64,000 nt of DNA from Lobosporangium transversale (Eukaryota), in assembly GCF_002105155.1 (NCBI RefSeq), contig NW_019029015.1, positions 124,001 through 188,000 of the forward strand, given 5' to 3'. This document shows positions 1-12,831 of this stretch, piece after piece (positions within the stretch are counted from its first letter, which is position 1; the number at the start of each line of letters is the position of its first letter). Below the pieces are notes generated by a model. The model made no database searches. It saw nothing but the letters and a program-made list of their open reading frames with translations, and had not been told where the DNA came from. The position numbers were made by a program, and so were the translations under genes.

Positions 1-1198
1 CTTTGAAGTTCTTTATGCAGCTAGTGAAGGTCATTTCGAAGTACGGGAAGTACTACAGATAGAACTATCATGTCGATATCAAACATGATCTTGTCTAAAA
101 CGATTTTTCAAGCGTTCTCTGATTCACGAGCTGCGTTTTGCTAATAGGGATGTAAATCTTATTTACTCTCTTTAATATCGCTATTATATTGGAAGTGTAC
201 CACCAAAGCAAGCGACTCGTTCACTCGGTTTAGTTGATACTATGGTGTTTGCCGATCGGTACAGTGTCAAAAGAAATGGTTCCCAATGATACCAATTGGA
301 GAGGTTTCCTAGTCAGAGCAGTTCCACCGAGCGAAAGCGAAATAGAGACGACAGATCCGACATGCAAGATGGACAGTAGTGTTCCAGACATGCAGCAGCT
401 TATTTTACATAGTAACACTATCAAAACCTTGGGGTCTCAAGCTTAAGAGCTTCTGAAAAATGTTCACGGCATGCAAAGAAGGGTATCACAGGTCAGTGTG
501 AGACTCAAGAAAAACGAAGGCGGTGCTAAAAGCCAAGCGCGCAAGATACTTATCCCGCAAAAGAAGAAGTTGAAGGAAGGAACAATGAAACCTGTCCTAT
601 TACTGAAACAAGATTGAGTGTGTTGAAATTTTCAGGCGATGTCAAGTTGATACAGCGATACTACTCGGGCTGAACGTACGATGTAGCGGAAAAGGTTTTT
701 CAGTTCAATATTTCCAATTTTCTTCAAGTCACCGACGGTCAAGGCATCTGTTGTCACGGATCAATTATTCAGACAATAAGTGAAACTATTCCGTATTCCG
801 TAGATACTCAACGAGATAAGAGCTCATATCAAACAGTACCATGTGCTCTCTCTGGTAAACTAGTTTTATATTGACGCCTTCGGTGAATACTTTGAGAACG
901 TATTTGGATCATGGAATGTTAAACTACTCCTATCCACACGCACCTGTCAACAAGTACTAGAACAGGATTCATTTTAACGCCAATGGACCTCATAAAGCTT
1001 TTATAACAATAATGCTCCATTAAGTCTACTAGAAGCCGTTTATAAAAAAAGAGAGAGAGAGGAGAGGCAAGATTGGAGTCCATGGGGAGGTTTTTTTTTA
1101 TTTTTTTATTTTATTTTATTTTTTTGATTATTTTAATATACAGGATAACATTGTATGCTGAGGAGACTACATGAGTTTGCTTCCTGGTCTAGGTTTTT

Positions 1199-2157
1199 TT
1201 ATGCAGCAGAATCGTAATGAGGCATATTGATACCCTCGGCGATCAACTTATTCTTTGCAGCGTCAGCTCTAGCACCTCTGAGCTGAATCTCCTCAGTAGT
1301 ACCGCCTCCAACATTGGGACCATGCCACTCGACCAGCAAGTGATCAACAACAGTCCACACGCCCATGTCAGCCATATGTGGGATCACTTCATATTCAGCA
1401 CCTTCAATATCCATCTTGACGACCACAAAGTCACGTGGAAGAGTGTTACGGAGCAACCAGCCAGAAATATTGATCCCAGTCAAATCTGTACCTTTGCTCT
1501 GTGAGCGAACAGCATCAGGATGGGAAGCGTAGATAGATGAACCCCAGTAATCGTGAGCAGCGTTGACAGTATCGAGGTAGAAAGTACGGATGCCATCCCT
1601 AACATCAACAACAGTCGAAGGAAAGATATTGACCTTGATACCAAGGTCATCATAATGTTGCTTCGCCTTTACAAGAGGCTCGTTGAAAACGGGATTGGCC
1701 TCAAACAGATAGATTTCTAAAATCAATAAAAAAAAAATAATAATGATAATAATAAATAAAGTGTTAAGCTTGGTTACTCAATGAACAAAATAAGGACACA
1801 CACATAGTTGACATGCCAATAAAGCACCCCCATGATCAAAACCACTAAAAATAAAAGACTCGTACCAGCATCTTCATAGTTAGCCCATTCTGGACGAGGG
1901 AAGTTATAGTTGAACTTTGTATTTGGTCTCTTCAAAAAGACATCGAGCGAATCCGCACGGTTGGCGCCCAAATCAACGAAGATGTAACGAGGTTTGCCTG
2001 CACGTCTCTCATTTTGATCGTTTTGACCAGCTTGTACGTTTTGACCAGTTTGGACGACGCCATTCTGGAGATTATTTCGGTGATAGGTGCCCAACAACAA
2101 CAGGGCTGAGAGCAAGAGAGCTACAGGAAAGATGATACTCCTGTTGGATACTGCCAT
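1199..2157 (-). CDS. FkbM-family (Methyltransf_21-like) SAM-dependent methyltransferase with N-terminal signal anchor; 2 exons (2157-1866, 1716-1199)
   Basis: GT-AG intron 1865-1717 joins the two ORFs in frame (..DA-EIYLFEANP). Motifs IFVDLGAN, YLFEANP, VVVKMDIEGAEYEVI and LLVEWH are typical of FkbM methyltransferases. Hydrophobic N-terminus. Confidence 0.8.
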
Positions 2158-3509
2158 CGTTTATAGATAAGTTACTCGGGAGAAAATGTGAGAACTTGCT
2201 TAGAGAATACAAAAAAAAAAAAAAAAAAAAAAAAAAAGATGGCGAATCCTGTGTGAAGATCGATTCTGTTTTGTCCTTGTGAATGAGAAAGGGTAATTAA
2301 AAGGAGGACAAGCAAGATGAAGGAAAGAAAGAAAGAAAAAAAAAAAAAAAAAGATGAGAAGGTCCAAGGGCAAAAAGAAAAGGTTAGACATTAATCAGGA
2401 AGTGTAAATAAAATTGCACGGGAAATAGGGTCTAATTGGTTGGGCTATTGGTTCATATCCAATGGGCTCCTCTCTTTTCCTTACCAATCTAAAATTAAAG
2501 AACATTGTCCCGTTGGATGTTAGAATGTCAAATGGGGCTAACTAACAAGTAGCACGCCACAGACTGGTCCTTTCGGCTGTCTAGTTAGATCTGTGTACAT
2601 GTACAGCCCTATGCTTTGTTGTTGTTAGGATAGCCAAGCAGAGAAGGAGAGAGGTAAGAAATTCACATTCATTCAAAAACGTGTTCCAATCCCTCTCTAT
2701 CCTTCCATCGTAAACCATTTCTCATACCAGTAAAGTTTTTATCAAGTCAGGCACACATGCTGATATTACTCAAACATTTCCCTATTGCGACTTCCAACTT
2801 TGCTGTCTTCTAGACCGCTGTGCTGTCCTAGTCTTCAGCATCCCTGTCCATATCTGCAAGGCACTTTCTCTTTTCGCGGAGTGGATTACACTATTTATTA
2901 ATCATAGCATCTTTATCGCATAAAAGAAATATGTCGCTGAACATCTGGTTCGATAACTTTGATAACCCGCTAGGGAAAAAAAAAAAAAAACCTGTTCGAA
3001 AAGCGTTTAATAACCCGGTAACTCAAAACAAATGACCATCGCAAGCATTTAATGGCCCTTCTTGTGGTGCTTAAATGAATTATCCTGTAACAGCTTCAAG
3101 AGAGTTTGGCATTAGTTGTACTTAATATGGGACTGGACCCTTGGCTCAATTAATTGCCCAGAAAGACTTATTACTTTTGGAATAGTTAAGTGTAAAAAGA
3201 ATAGACAACCTTACTAGGATGGTTAGTAAGTAATGGAGACTCAAGTATAAAAAATACCAAATTATGCTAGATATTAATGATGAATGTCGCTTGGCATGTA
3301 TTGATGGTATTGACCTGGACAAACGTCGAGTACGAAGAAACCTATGCACAGAGATATTGCGCGACGTGCATTCAAGGCTGGTATAAAATCAACCGCTCTT
3401 AAAAAACCGCAAGACGTATATTCCTTCTTTCTCTAACAATCCCTCCTCTCCACTTTCACTACTTCTCTCTTTTCTTGATTAATCTCTACATTATACACGA
3501 CTATCCATC

Positions 3510-4713
<1,204 letters not shown>

Positions 4714-5358
4714 AAAAAAAAAAAAAGTCCCACAACCAGTAGATTGTATTTATTTGGAAACAAGGAAAAATAATAACAGCAATAATAATAAGATCGTATC
4801 AGATGCATAGAATGGCATAGTACCGCGTACCAAAATAACAAAAACAATCACGCATGCGCTGATTCTAAGCATTCACAAATAAAGATATATTGATACTAAA
4901 GACGCGCCCGTACAAATCCTATGTAGCAAAAGTGGAAGGAAGAAAAGAAGTGATTAAGCAGAAGTCCCGGTCGAGGCATCTAGAAATGGCATGCCTTCCA
5001 TGCATTGCAAGCAAGACATCCTGGCTAGCATCAATATGTAGTGTCATCTCAGACCTGTTTTTTCAAAGAGGACAATAAAATATTCAACTTCATTTTGCAT
5101 GGGATTTGTGCAAGCCATATTTTAGTATATATCATAGAAAGAAGATCTTAGTATCACTTTCCATGGGATTTGTGCGGGTAAGTCTTGTGTTAGTATCACT
5201 TGCATCTTTGTTTATGATGTCTAGTATCACTTCCAGGTGCTCTCAACAAAAAAAATGAGCGCATATACGGGATTCATCTCTGCAACACCCCCAAAGTACC
5301 TGAGTGCTCCATATACGCATATCCACGTTCTCAGGATCCATAGAGACCAGATGCTCTA

Positions 5359-5474
5359 CAGTCGTCCCTCAGTAATTCGCGAATTACTGAGGGAACTGGT
5401 CTGTTTTTATTCACTTCAATTCAATTTCCATTATATTGGTGGGCTCCTTTATTCTTTTTTTTTTTCTTTTTTTC
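5359..5474 (+). repeat. Left terminal inverted repeat of the pogo-like element
   Basis: Reverse complement of ~7822-7935 with one indel and one substitution before the poly-T run. Confidence 0.93.
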
Positions 5475-5578
5475 ATTTTTTTTTAAACAGCCACCCTATG
5501 TATATATTTTTCACTATTCTGCATACAAAACACACAAAAAAAAAATAAATAAATAAATATATTTATTATAAAATATGA

Positions 5579-7759
5579 TTATTCTTTACTGCTTGAATCT
5601 CCATCAAGACAGGCCCTCAGTCTGCTCAATAAACTTGGGTTTCTTCTGTGTTCGGTCTCTTCATTTCGTATTGCACGTCTATCCATGCAAGCCTCAATGT
5701 GGTCATACAATTTATCGAGTTCTTCTCTCTCTTCTTTACCCTGTGGCCTTGTTAGGATATCTTTGGTAAGCTCAAAAAAGTCGCGCGATAGACCGAGGAC
5801 AACTGTAGGATCCTTTTTTTTGCATGAGCTAGTATCTGGCGAGGAGTACCCATCATGGGGAACCTTCTGGATTGTACGGTTACGCAGGACAGTGCAAACC
5901 ATTGAAGGCGAATATTCTTGCCTTAGTGCTGGACTAAAGTCTGCATCAAGATCTTCGGCATCTTCAACCTCCTCCTCGTCAATAAAATCGCTATCCTGGT
6001 ATTGACGAAATATAGTACTGAATTTGGGATTGGCGATCGTCATCATTGCACAATTAGTAATAGATTGTGTAGGACCTTCGGCATGGCACATTGTGAGATA
6101 ATTGAGGATTGTGAAGTCTTTTTGGTTATTGATGACATCTGTCAATTTTTCGTATTTTTTGATCAAATCATCTTGAAGTTCCTTTAATCTATTGTCAACG
6201 GTATCCACCCCGAGAGCCCTAAGTTGCTTATTCACATTGTCAGGCAGCGTTGGAACATGGGCAAAGCAATGGCGAATACAAGCAGGGGTAACAGTATTCC
6301 ATGCCCTCACCAAGCATTCCCAGAGAGAGGCATAGTTAGCTGTAGCTGTTGATGATTGGAGATTCTCGCGAACTCGAGCTACTGTCTCAAGCATCTCTTG
6401 GCTGTAGTGAACCTTGAATGAACGAGTAACACCTGCATCCATAGGTTGAGTGATAGATGTTGTGCCTGGAGGAAGTCGTACTAATGTAATATTACTAAGG
6501 CCAGCTTCCTCTCCTCCACAATGTCCTGGTGCACTGTCTATGAGTAGTGCAATTTTGCGTCCCTGCCTTTGCATATCCTCATCCAAGTCCTGAAGCCATC
6601 CATCAAACAAAGGTTTGGTCATGTAAGTCAGTTCCTGTGGAGTTGCTGCAAATAAGGATTGACACACGAGCTGCACGAATAATTTTTGTTCCCTGTACAG
6701 CGCCTGCTGCTAGGGTTCTTGCTGACAATGCTCTAAGATAAAGGCCAGTCTCGTCGCAGTTATAGATGTCCTCTGGGTGGAATGTAGAGAGCGACTTCTT
6801 TATCTCCTCCATCCGAGCCTTACAAGATTCCATATCGACACCTTCACTTTCTCCATGTCCAATCTTTGATGAAATTCCTGATCGTGCCTTGAATCTATGA
6901 AGCCATCCTTTCGAAAAGGCAAACGATTCGGGTATCTCAGTCTCCTTATAATAGTCCTTCATGATGCTCCACAGTATAGCTCCTGTTCCTCTTAGTCGAG
7001 CCTCTGTTACAATGATCTTGAGTCTCCTTTGTTCTTCAAACCACTTTAGCAGCGCTTCTTCAACGGCCTCCATGGTCCTTGAGCTAGTTCGAGTAATAGC
7101 CTTAGCAGCTTCCTCAGACTTTCCATCTTTCATACTCAATAAAGAATCTCTTTTATTCCAAATCCCACTGGCAGTGAAAATGTTGATGCCAAGTCGTCGA
7201 GCAATAGAAGAACTGGGGTTTTGGGGTCAATATCCTTGGCTTTTATCACTTCATTGATAAATTTTATTTTGTCATAAAGTGTGATGGAGTTATATGTGTT
7301 GCCTTTGGAGCTGCCTTTCGCGACTTGTCCACGCTTATTTCTTATAGGCTTGGCAGATTTCTGGTTTAGTTTTCCTGCCTCAGCTGAATTTGGAGCTGAA
7401 TTTTCTTTTTCACACGCAGACTTTGATGGTCGAACTGGAGTAGCTTGACTTAATCGCTCAATACGGACCCAGTCCCATTGACTACTGGGTACTTGTGCCA
7501 CACTCTGCTGGGACTGAGGGGAGGAAGCTGACAAACTCATAGAATGAAGAACACTTGGGCTGAAGGCAGTTGTTACATTCTTTGAAGGTCTTCCTCTTCT
7601 CCTTGGTTGACTTGATTGCAAATTGGATAGACTTGAGTCTATAGGAGATAGCTGGCTTGACTGCAGAGGCAGAGGAGACAATTGACTCGAAAGCCCAATA
7701 GGGGACGAAGAAGCGGCCATATGTTGAGCTATGGGTATATTGGGAATAGCGGTCGCCAT
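5579..7759 (-). pseudogene. Disrupted pogo-family transposase (AT-hook, CENP-B-type HTHs, DDE_1 domain, DD32D)
   Basis: Three overlapping ORFs. AT-hook PRRRGRPSK; HTH IARRLGINIFTASGIWNKR (after a frameshift at ~7220); EEALLKWF..FSKGWLHRFKAR; catalytic YNCDETG, LLIDSAPGH and QPMDAGV with 32 aa between D2 and D3. A second frameshift or deletion lies at ~6625. Confidence 0.9.
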
Positions 7760-7821
7760 GATAATAGGTGAGTGTGAGAAAAGTCTTTTTTTTTTATTTT
7801 TTTATTTTTTTGGGAAATTTC

Positions 7822-7935
7822 AAAAAAAAGAAAAAAAAAAGAATAAAGGAGCCCACCAATATAATTGAAATTGAATTGAAGTGAATAAAAACAGACCAGT
7901 TCCTCAGTAATTCGCGAATTACTGAGGGACGACTG
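7822..7935 (-). repeat. Right terminal inverted repeat of the pogo-like element
   Basis: Reverse complement of 5359-5474. Confidence 0.93.
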
Positions 7936-8190
7936 TATACGACAGGTTTTGTGAAGAAGAGGGATGAAGGGTTTGGACACTTTGCAATTGTGGAAGGGGA
8001 TTTGTATATCGTTTGCCAGACATCTTTCCCGTGACATGCATCTAAAGAATGACAAAAAAATCAGCCACACCGAAGTACATGTACTAGTATGTCAAACTAG
8101 TCCTGAAATACTAAAATCTGTACACTCTAATAATAATAGACTTTCTTTATTGTATATACTTGAAGGATTCATCCATTATTTACAACGGCT

Positions 8191-11100
8191 CTAAATATTT
8201 CTAAAGTCCACCTCACCCATGCCTGGAGATGGAGGTGCATAGAAAAAGCCAGCCATGAGTACACAGTAACTCAAGATCAAAATACTGCCCTTGAAATAGT
8301 TACTCTTTCCTTCAATATATGTGTATGTCAACAAGAACACAGAGAACAACATCGAGAACACATCCCAACGTTCAAAAATCAAGTTGAACACATAATTCCA
8401 AGCGAGACTCTTCCCGTGACTCAACCATGCAGACACTGCCACCATGGCTGGGATTTGAATCAGACACACTTGAAGCGCATAAGCCGATCCAATCTCCATC
8501 GAAAGTGCAATATTGCCATACATGGCGAATGAGATGGCGTTCATGAACTCAGTGACGTTTGGTACGAGCGCGAACAGCGTCAATCCCAATAGCTTCTCGT
8601 CAATGGACGATACAGCATCCACACTATCCACAAGGATTTCTATATTAGAAGAAAGAGCACATTCATGTTAGCTAAAAAAAAAAAAAAAAAAAAAAAAAAG
8701 AAAGCTCGAATCGAAAGATCTAAAAATTACCAGCAATGATTGAATAAAGAACTGTGCATCCAAGGAGAACTGTGGCGCTCTTGGCCTTGGACCAGTTGGG
8801 AGAGTCATGACCACCATGGGCACCTTCATCGTCCTCATCGTCGTCCCCATGATCACTCTTGAGACCATCATGGTCTACGTTCAGCGAAGAGAGTAGTCCC
8901 TGTGCTGCAGGATGGATAGGTGCATCTTCTCCATTGAGATGTGTTTCGGAAGTTGAATGAGGTGGCCGTCTTTCGCCTAAACCACCATGAAGTGATGTGG
9001 AGTGATAATTGGCTGTCGAGTGTGCAGAATCTACTGATGTGAATCGACCCAACTCTGCAGCATCGTCTGCAGCAGCTGCAGCAGAGCGGGGTCTATCAGT
9101 ATTATTGGCAGGGTGTGGTGCGCCCGCGCCATAGTGAAGGAGTTGTTGCAGGATATGCATAGGTAAAAGTTTTTTGTAGATGGAAGAGTCTCTCACAGAG
9201 CGTGGTTGAGGCTCATGCCAGATCTGTTTAACATGTGTTCGAAGTGAGAACCAGATACCAATTAGGTATGCAGAAGGAAGGACAATACAGCAAAAGTACA
9301 TCAGCGGTTTGACATTCTTTTGGAAAAATGCGTCATTGGTTGGGTTGGGCTGGTAGTGATAGCAACGTTGACAGGTCGCACCATTGGTCAACAGCTCTGT
9401 CTCTGGGCATGGTACACAACGCAGGTCAAACTTTTTTTTTAAAAAAGATGAGAAGAAGGAAGTGAATCAGTCGCCAATATCAACAAAATAAACAGCAAGA
9501 TCTGATGTAATAGGGAATATTTCCAATTGACTTACACGTCCATAGATGTTGTAGAAAAGTGTTGGAGTCAAGACTCCAATGAGTGACATAATCAACATCG
9601 TAGCGGTGACACCTGTTTCAAAAACGTTGATATATTTCATTAGCAAAAGTCATCGAATGAAAGCCATGTTATAGTTGTCAACATTGGGATGAAAGATGAA
9701 TTTGTACCTGCGCTCTTGGCATTAAATTTTTGCTCTTTTTTCTTTACTGCGCCGCTCATCATACTGACACCAGGCATGAGTAAAAGACCTGCAAGGAAGC
9801 TTCCGATCAAGGCACCCTCAGTGATCAAGCCCTTGCCTTGTGTCAATGCGACTGAGTAGAGAATGATTTCGATAATGGAGCCAAAAGTTGCATTGATCAC
9901 AGCGCCCATTCCCAGAGACGACTGTGCCGAGATGGATGAGACAGCCATGCCAATGAAGTACGACAATGGGATCACAGAGGATAAACCCAACGAGAAAATC
10001 ACGGCTGGCGAAGTGAGGACATTATCATGCCCAAGGACGTGTGTGAGGACATATTCATCCAGGATTGTGAAGAACACGATAGGCATCAAGTTAATAAAGA
10101 TGATATTGGTGCCATCATATGTGTACTTGTAGTACTGCAGTCCGATGGCGTCATAAGTGCAGAGAAGGATCTCGGAACGCTGAGATGAGAAGGCGAGTGA
10201 GCTACCACGCTTAAAGTGAAGTCGAAGCGGGTCTCTGTGAAGGTGAGATGCGAGCACATAAGTCAATTTTCCCATGGGAATCGAGACTACCATAAACCAG
10301 CATAGGCACGAGACAAATAGATGGAGAGGCCCTAGAGATTGATGAAGAATTTAAATTTTGGGTTAGGAAAAAAAAAAAAAAAAAAAAAAAGATGCTTCTC
10401 ATCTCAACTTACCGATCAAAAGGTAGTAAAAAGCATAATAGACAATTCCGCCAAGACCGAGGCGGCATGTATTTCGCGGGAGATTCTTGATGGTTTTGGC
10501 CCATGATTCCCGAGAGCGGAAGCGCTCACGGTCCATTGTTGAGGCGCCCCTTGAAAGAAGTGGTCGCGACTCCCCAGATGGTGATTGATGGCTGAAATGA
10601 CTGTTGCGGTTACTGTTGCTGTTTCCATAATAGCCCTGGCTGTAGCCATTGCTATGTCCATTACTACTGTTATATCCAGCGTGTCCATAACCGCTTGCTG
10701 TCGAGGGCGTCTGGTAATGAATCCCATCAGCTCTTATTTCGTCGGGATACAATTCTCGTTCAACATACTTTCCAAATGGCCAGAGAAGATAATAGCTAAG
10801 GCCAATGACCACGCTTCCATATGCACTTCCACCGAAGGGGATCAGGAACAATACAATAGCGACCAAGAAGCAGATTAGTGATAGCCACCAGCCGAAGACA
10901 AGAGTCCAGAGAATATTGCCTACAGACAGATAAAGATCGGCGGATGGTTGGGAGTGCAAAGCGGAATCAGCTTTTTGTTGAACAGAGCGTGTCTTCTTGT
11001 AAAGTGCTGGTTTCCAGAGAGGCAATCCGAATGGATGTGTTTGATTGATGGTCTATAAAAAAAAGTAAAAAAAAAGTATTAGACCAATTCAAAGACTAGA

Positions 11101-12216
11101 CTAATGTGTAACGTTACTACTTTACTGTATTGTAGGATTATGCGTCTGTGAAAGAGGATCAAATGACGCAAACACTCGCTCAAGTGAAAAAAAAAAAAAA
11201 AAAAAAAAAAAAGGAGAGGTTGTTGCGGTTGCATCTGTGCATGGATGAACAAACAGGGGTAAAAAGGAGAGACATGATCACAAGTGTAAATACATGATCC
11301 CAACTTTGGGTCGCACATTTAAAGTTGGTCTCAAAAAGTAAAATAAAAAATAATTTAACCCTTCCAAATCCGGATGTTGTCAGGAACAAGCAAGGTAGTT
11401 CAGGGGCAGTAAACAGTATTACGGAATAATTGATGCTGACTCTCCAGCTCGTGAACGAGCAAAACGACTTTTTTCATGCTCTTTGTCGCGTGCGCACTAA
11501 TGATTATATACATATCACTCATAGCGAAAAAAAGGGTGTCTATGACGATAATTGCACATTACCTCTTGTCGGTCTTTCAGTGTTAAGGGCTCAACATCAC
11601 TCTCCTCTTCGTCTTCGTCACGCTCTTCACCAGAATGGCCTGTGAATGACGGATCATGACTCTCATGGACCCGCGCATCATACTCATCCTCTGGATGAAG
11701 CCGCACAGATCGTCTTGAGCTGCCTCGCTTTAGATAACTGGGACGCTGCTCATAACGGTTGTCCGAGTCGCCATCACCACTTTCGTCTTCTTCCTCAATG
11801 TCACGATGTCTGATTGAAGACCGAGTTGAGGCAGGCCTTCCAGTATGTGATCGTCGGCGTCGTTGGCTTGACAGTGATGAAGGAGGCGCTCCTGCTGTGG
11901 AATGTCTATAAACGGGCGATGACTTTGGACGCCGTGAGTTTTGAGCTGCGGAGTTCGCTGATCCTGTTGAAGCGTGACGGTGGGACGTTGGTCGTCCTTG
12001 TGATGAGGAATGTTCTGAAGGGGGTGGGTGATACTTGACTGTAGAATTGGAGGCTGTCGAATCAAATGAGTTAATAGAGACACGCCTGGGGTCATTCTGC
12101 AATGATGCTGGATGTAATCCGGGGCGAGTATCATCAGGTGAGTTAGCAACAACATCCTCACTCAGTTCAAGATGCTCTAGATCTGCACTCTGGTTATTGG
12201 CCCTAGAATGCGACAT
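8191..12216 (-). CDS. VNX1: Vnx1-like (type II CAX) vacuolar cation/H+ antiporter; 6 exons (12216-11563, 11052-10413, 10331-9708, 9612-9536, 9430-8731, 8639-8191)
   Basis: HPFGLPLWKPALYKK, YccF-like GNILWTLVFGWW, alpha-1 repeat GAVINATFGSIIE, alpha-2 repeat LFALVPNVTEFMNAISFA..GS. All introns are GT-AG and in frame. Confidence 0.92.
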
Positions 12217-12831
12217 GGTCTCCGCCTTTACAAATGAACGCCCTGGTATTTACGTATAAAATAGGTAGTTTATCAAAGATGTATGGGTAGAATCGTAACA
12301 AAAAAAAAAAAAAAAAAAAAAGAAAAGAAAAAAAAGACGTTAAATGAAGTCCTCGTGCAAGAGACAGCGAGGAAAAGAAACAGAATGATGGAGCAGGCGT
12401 TAGATAATAGATAAAAGAAATAGAGAAGTGAAGAGAAGAAAGGAAGTGAGAAAGTGAAGGTGTCGAATAAATCCTGTGTTGGCCTAATCTCCTTTACCCC
12501 TTCTCATTACCCCTTTTTTTTGTAATTGTGCGTGAACATAGGGGAAGAGTCACGCAACGCACTAATGTGCTCTAGACTAAGCCTCTTTCACTGTTGCTTC
12601 AACTAGCCTATCATGTGAGTCAGGCACATGTGTAACCAGGTTCGACTGTGCTTGAAAAATACATTGGAAGAAAATGAAGTGGCAGTCAAGCCTTCCTCAC
12701 TCTTTGTCTTCATTTTGATATAAATCTAACTAAACAGGCATTTAATATCTAGACATCAGATTTTGAATTATGAATATTTTGGAACAAAAAATAAAGATTT
12801 ATTAATAAGAAAAAAAAAATAATCTAATCTC

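Larger units (their letters stand above)
5359..7935 (-). mobile_element. pogo/Tigger-like Tc1/mariner-superfamily DNA transposon (2577 bp) with ~115-bp TIRs and TA target-site duplication
   Basis: Left end TA|CAGTCGTCCCTCAGTAATTCGCG.. (TA at 5357-5358). Right end ..ACTGAGGGACGACTG|TA (TA at 7936-7937). The near-identical TIRs flank a CENP-B-HTH/DDE_1 transposase. Confidence 0.95.

Noticed and set aside
230..900. Coding-like composition at the window start
   Set aside because: Multiple stops in all frames and no recognisable motif; possibly a relic but not supportable.
5088..5236. Repeats considered as a CRISPR-like array
   Set aside because: Units are short, irregularly spaced and degenerate; eukaryotic context with no cas genes.
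7210..7230. CCCCAAAACCCC at the transposase frameshift as a programmed -1 slippery site
   Set aside because: The codon phase (GAC CCC AAA ACC) does not fit X XXY YYZ, and a second independent lesion in the gene indicates decay or an indel.
12600..12660. GGTTCGACT resembling a tRNA T-loop or B-box
   Set aside because: No cloverleaf stems or A-box could be built around it.
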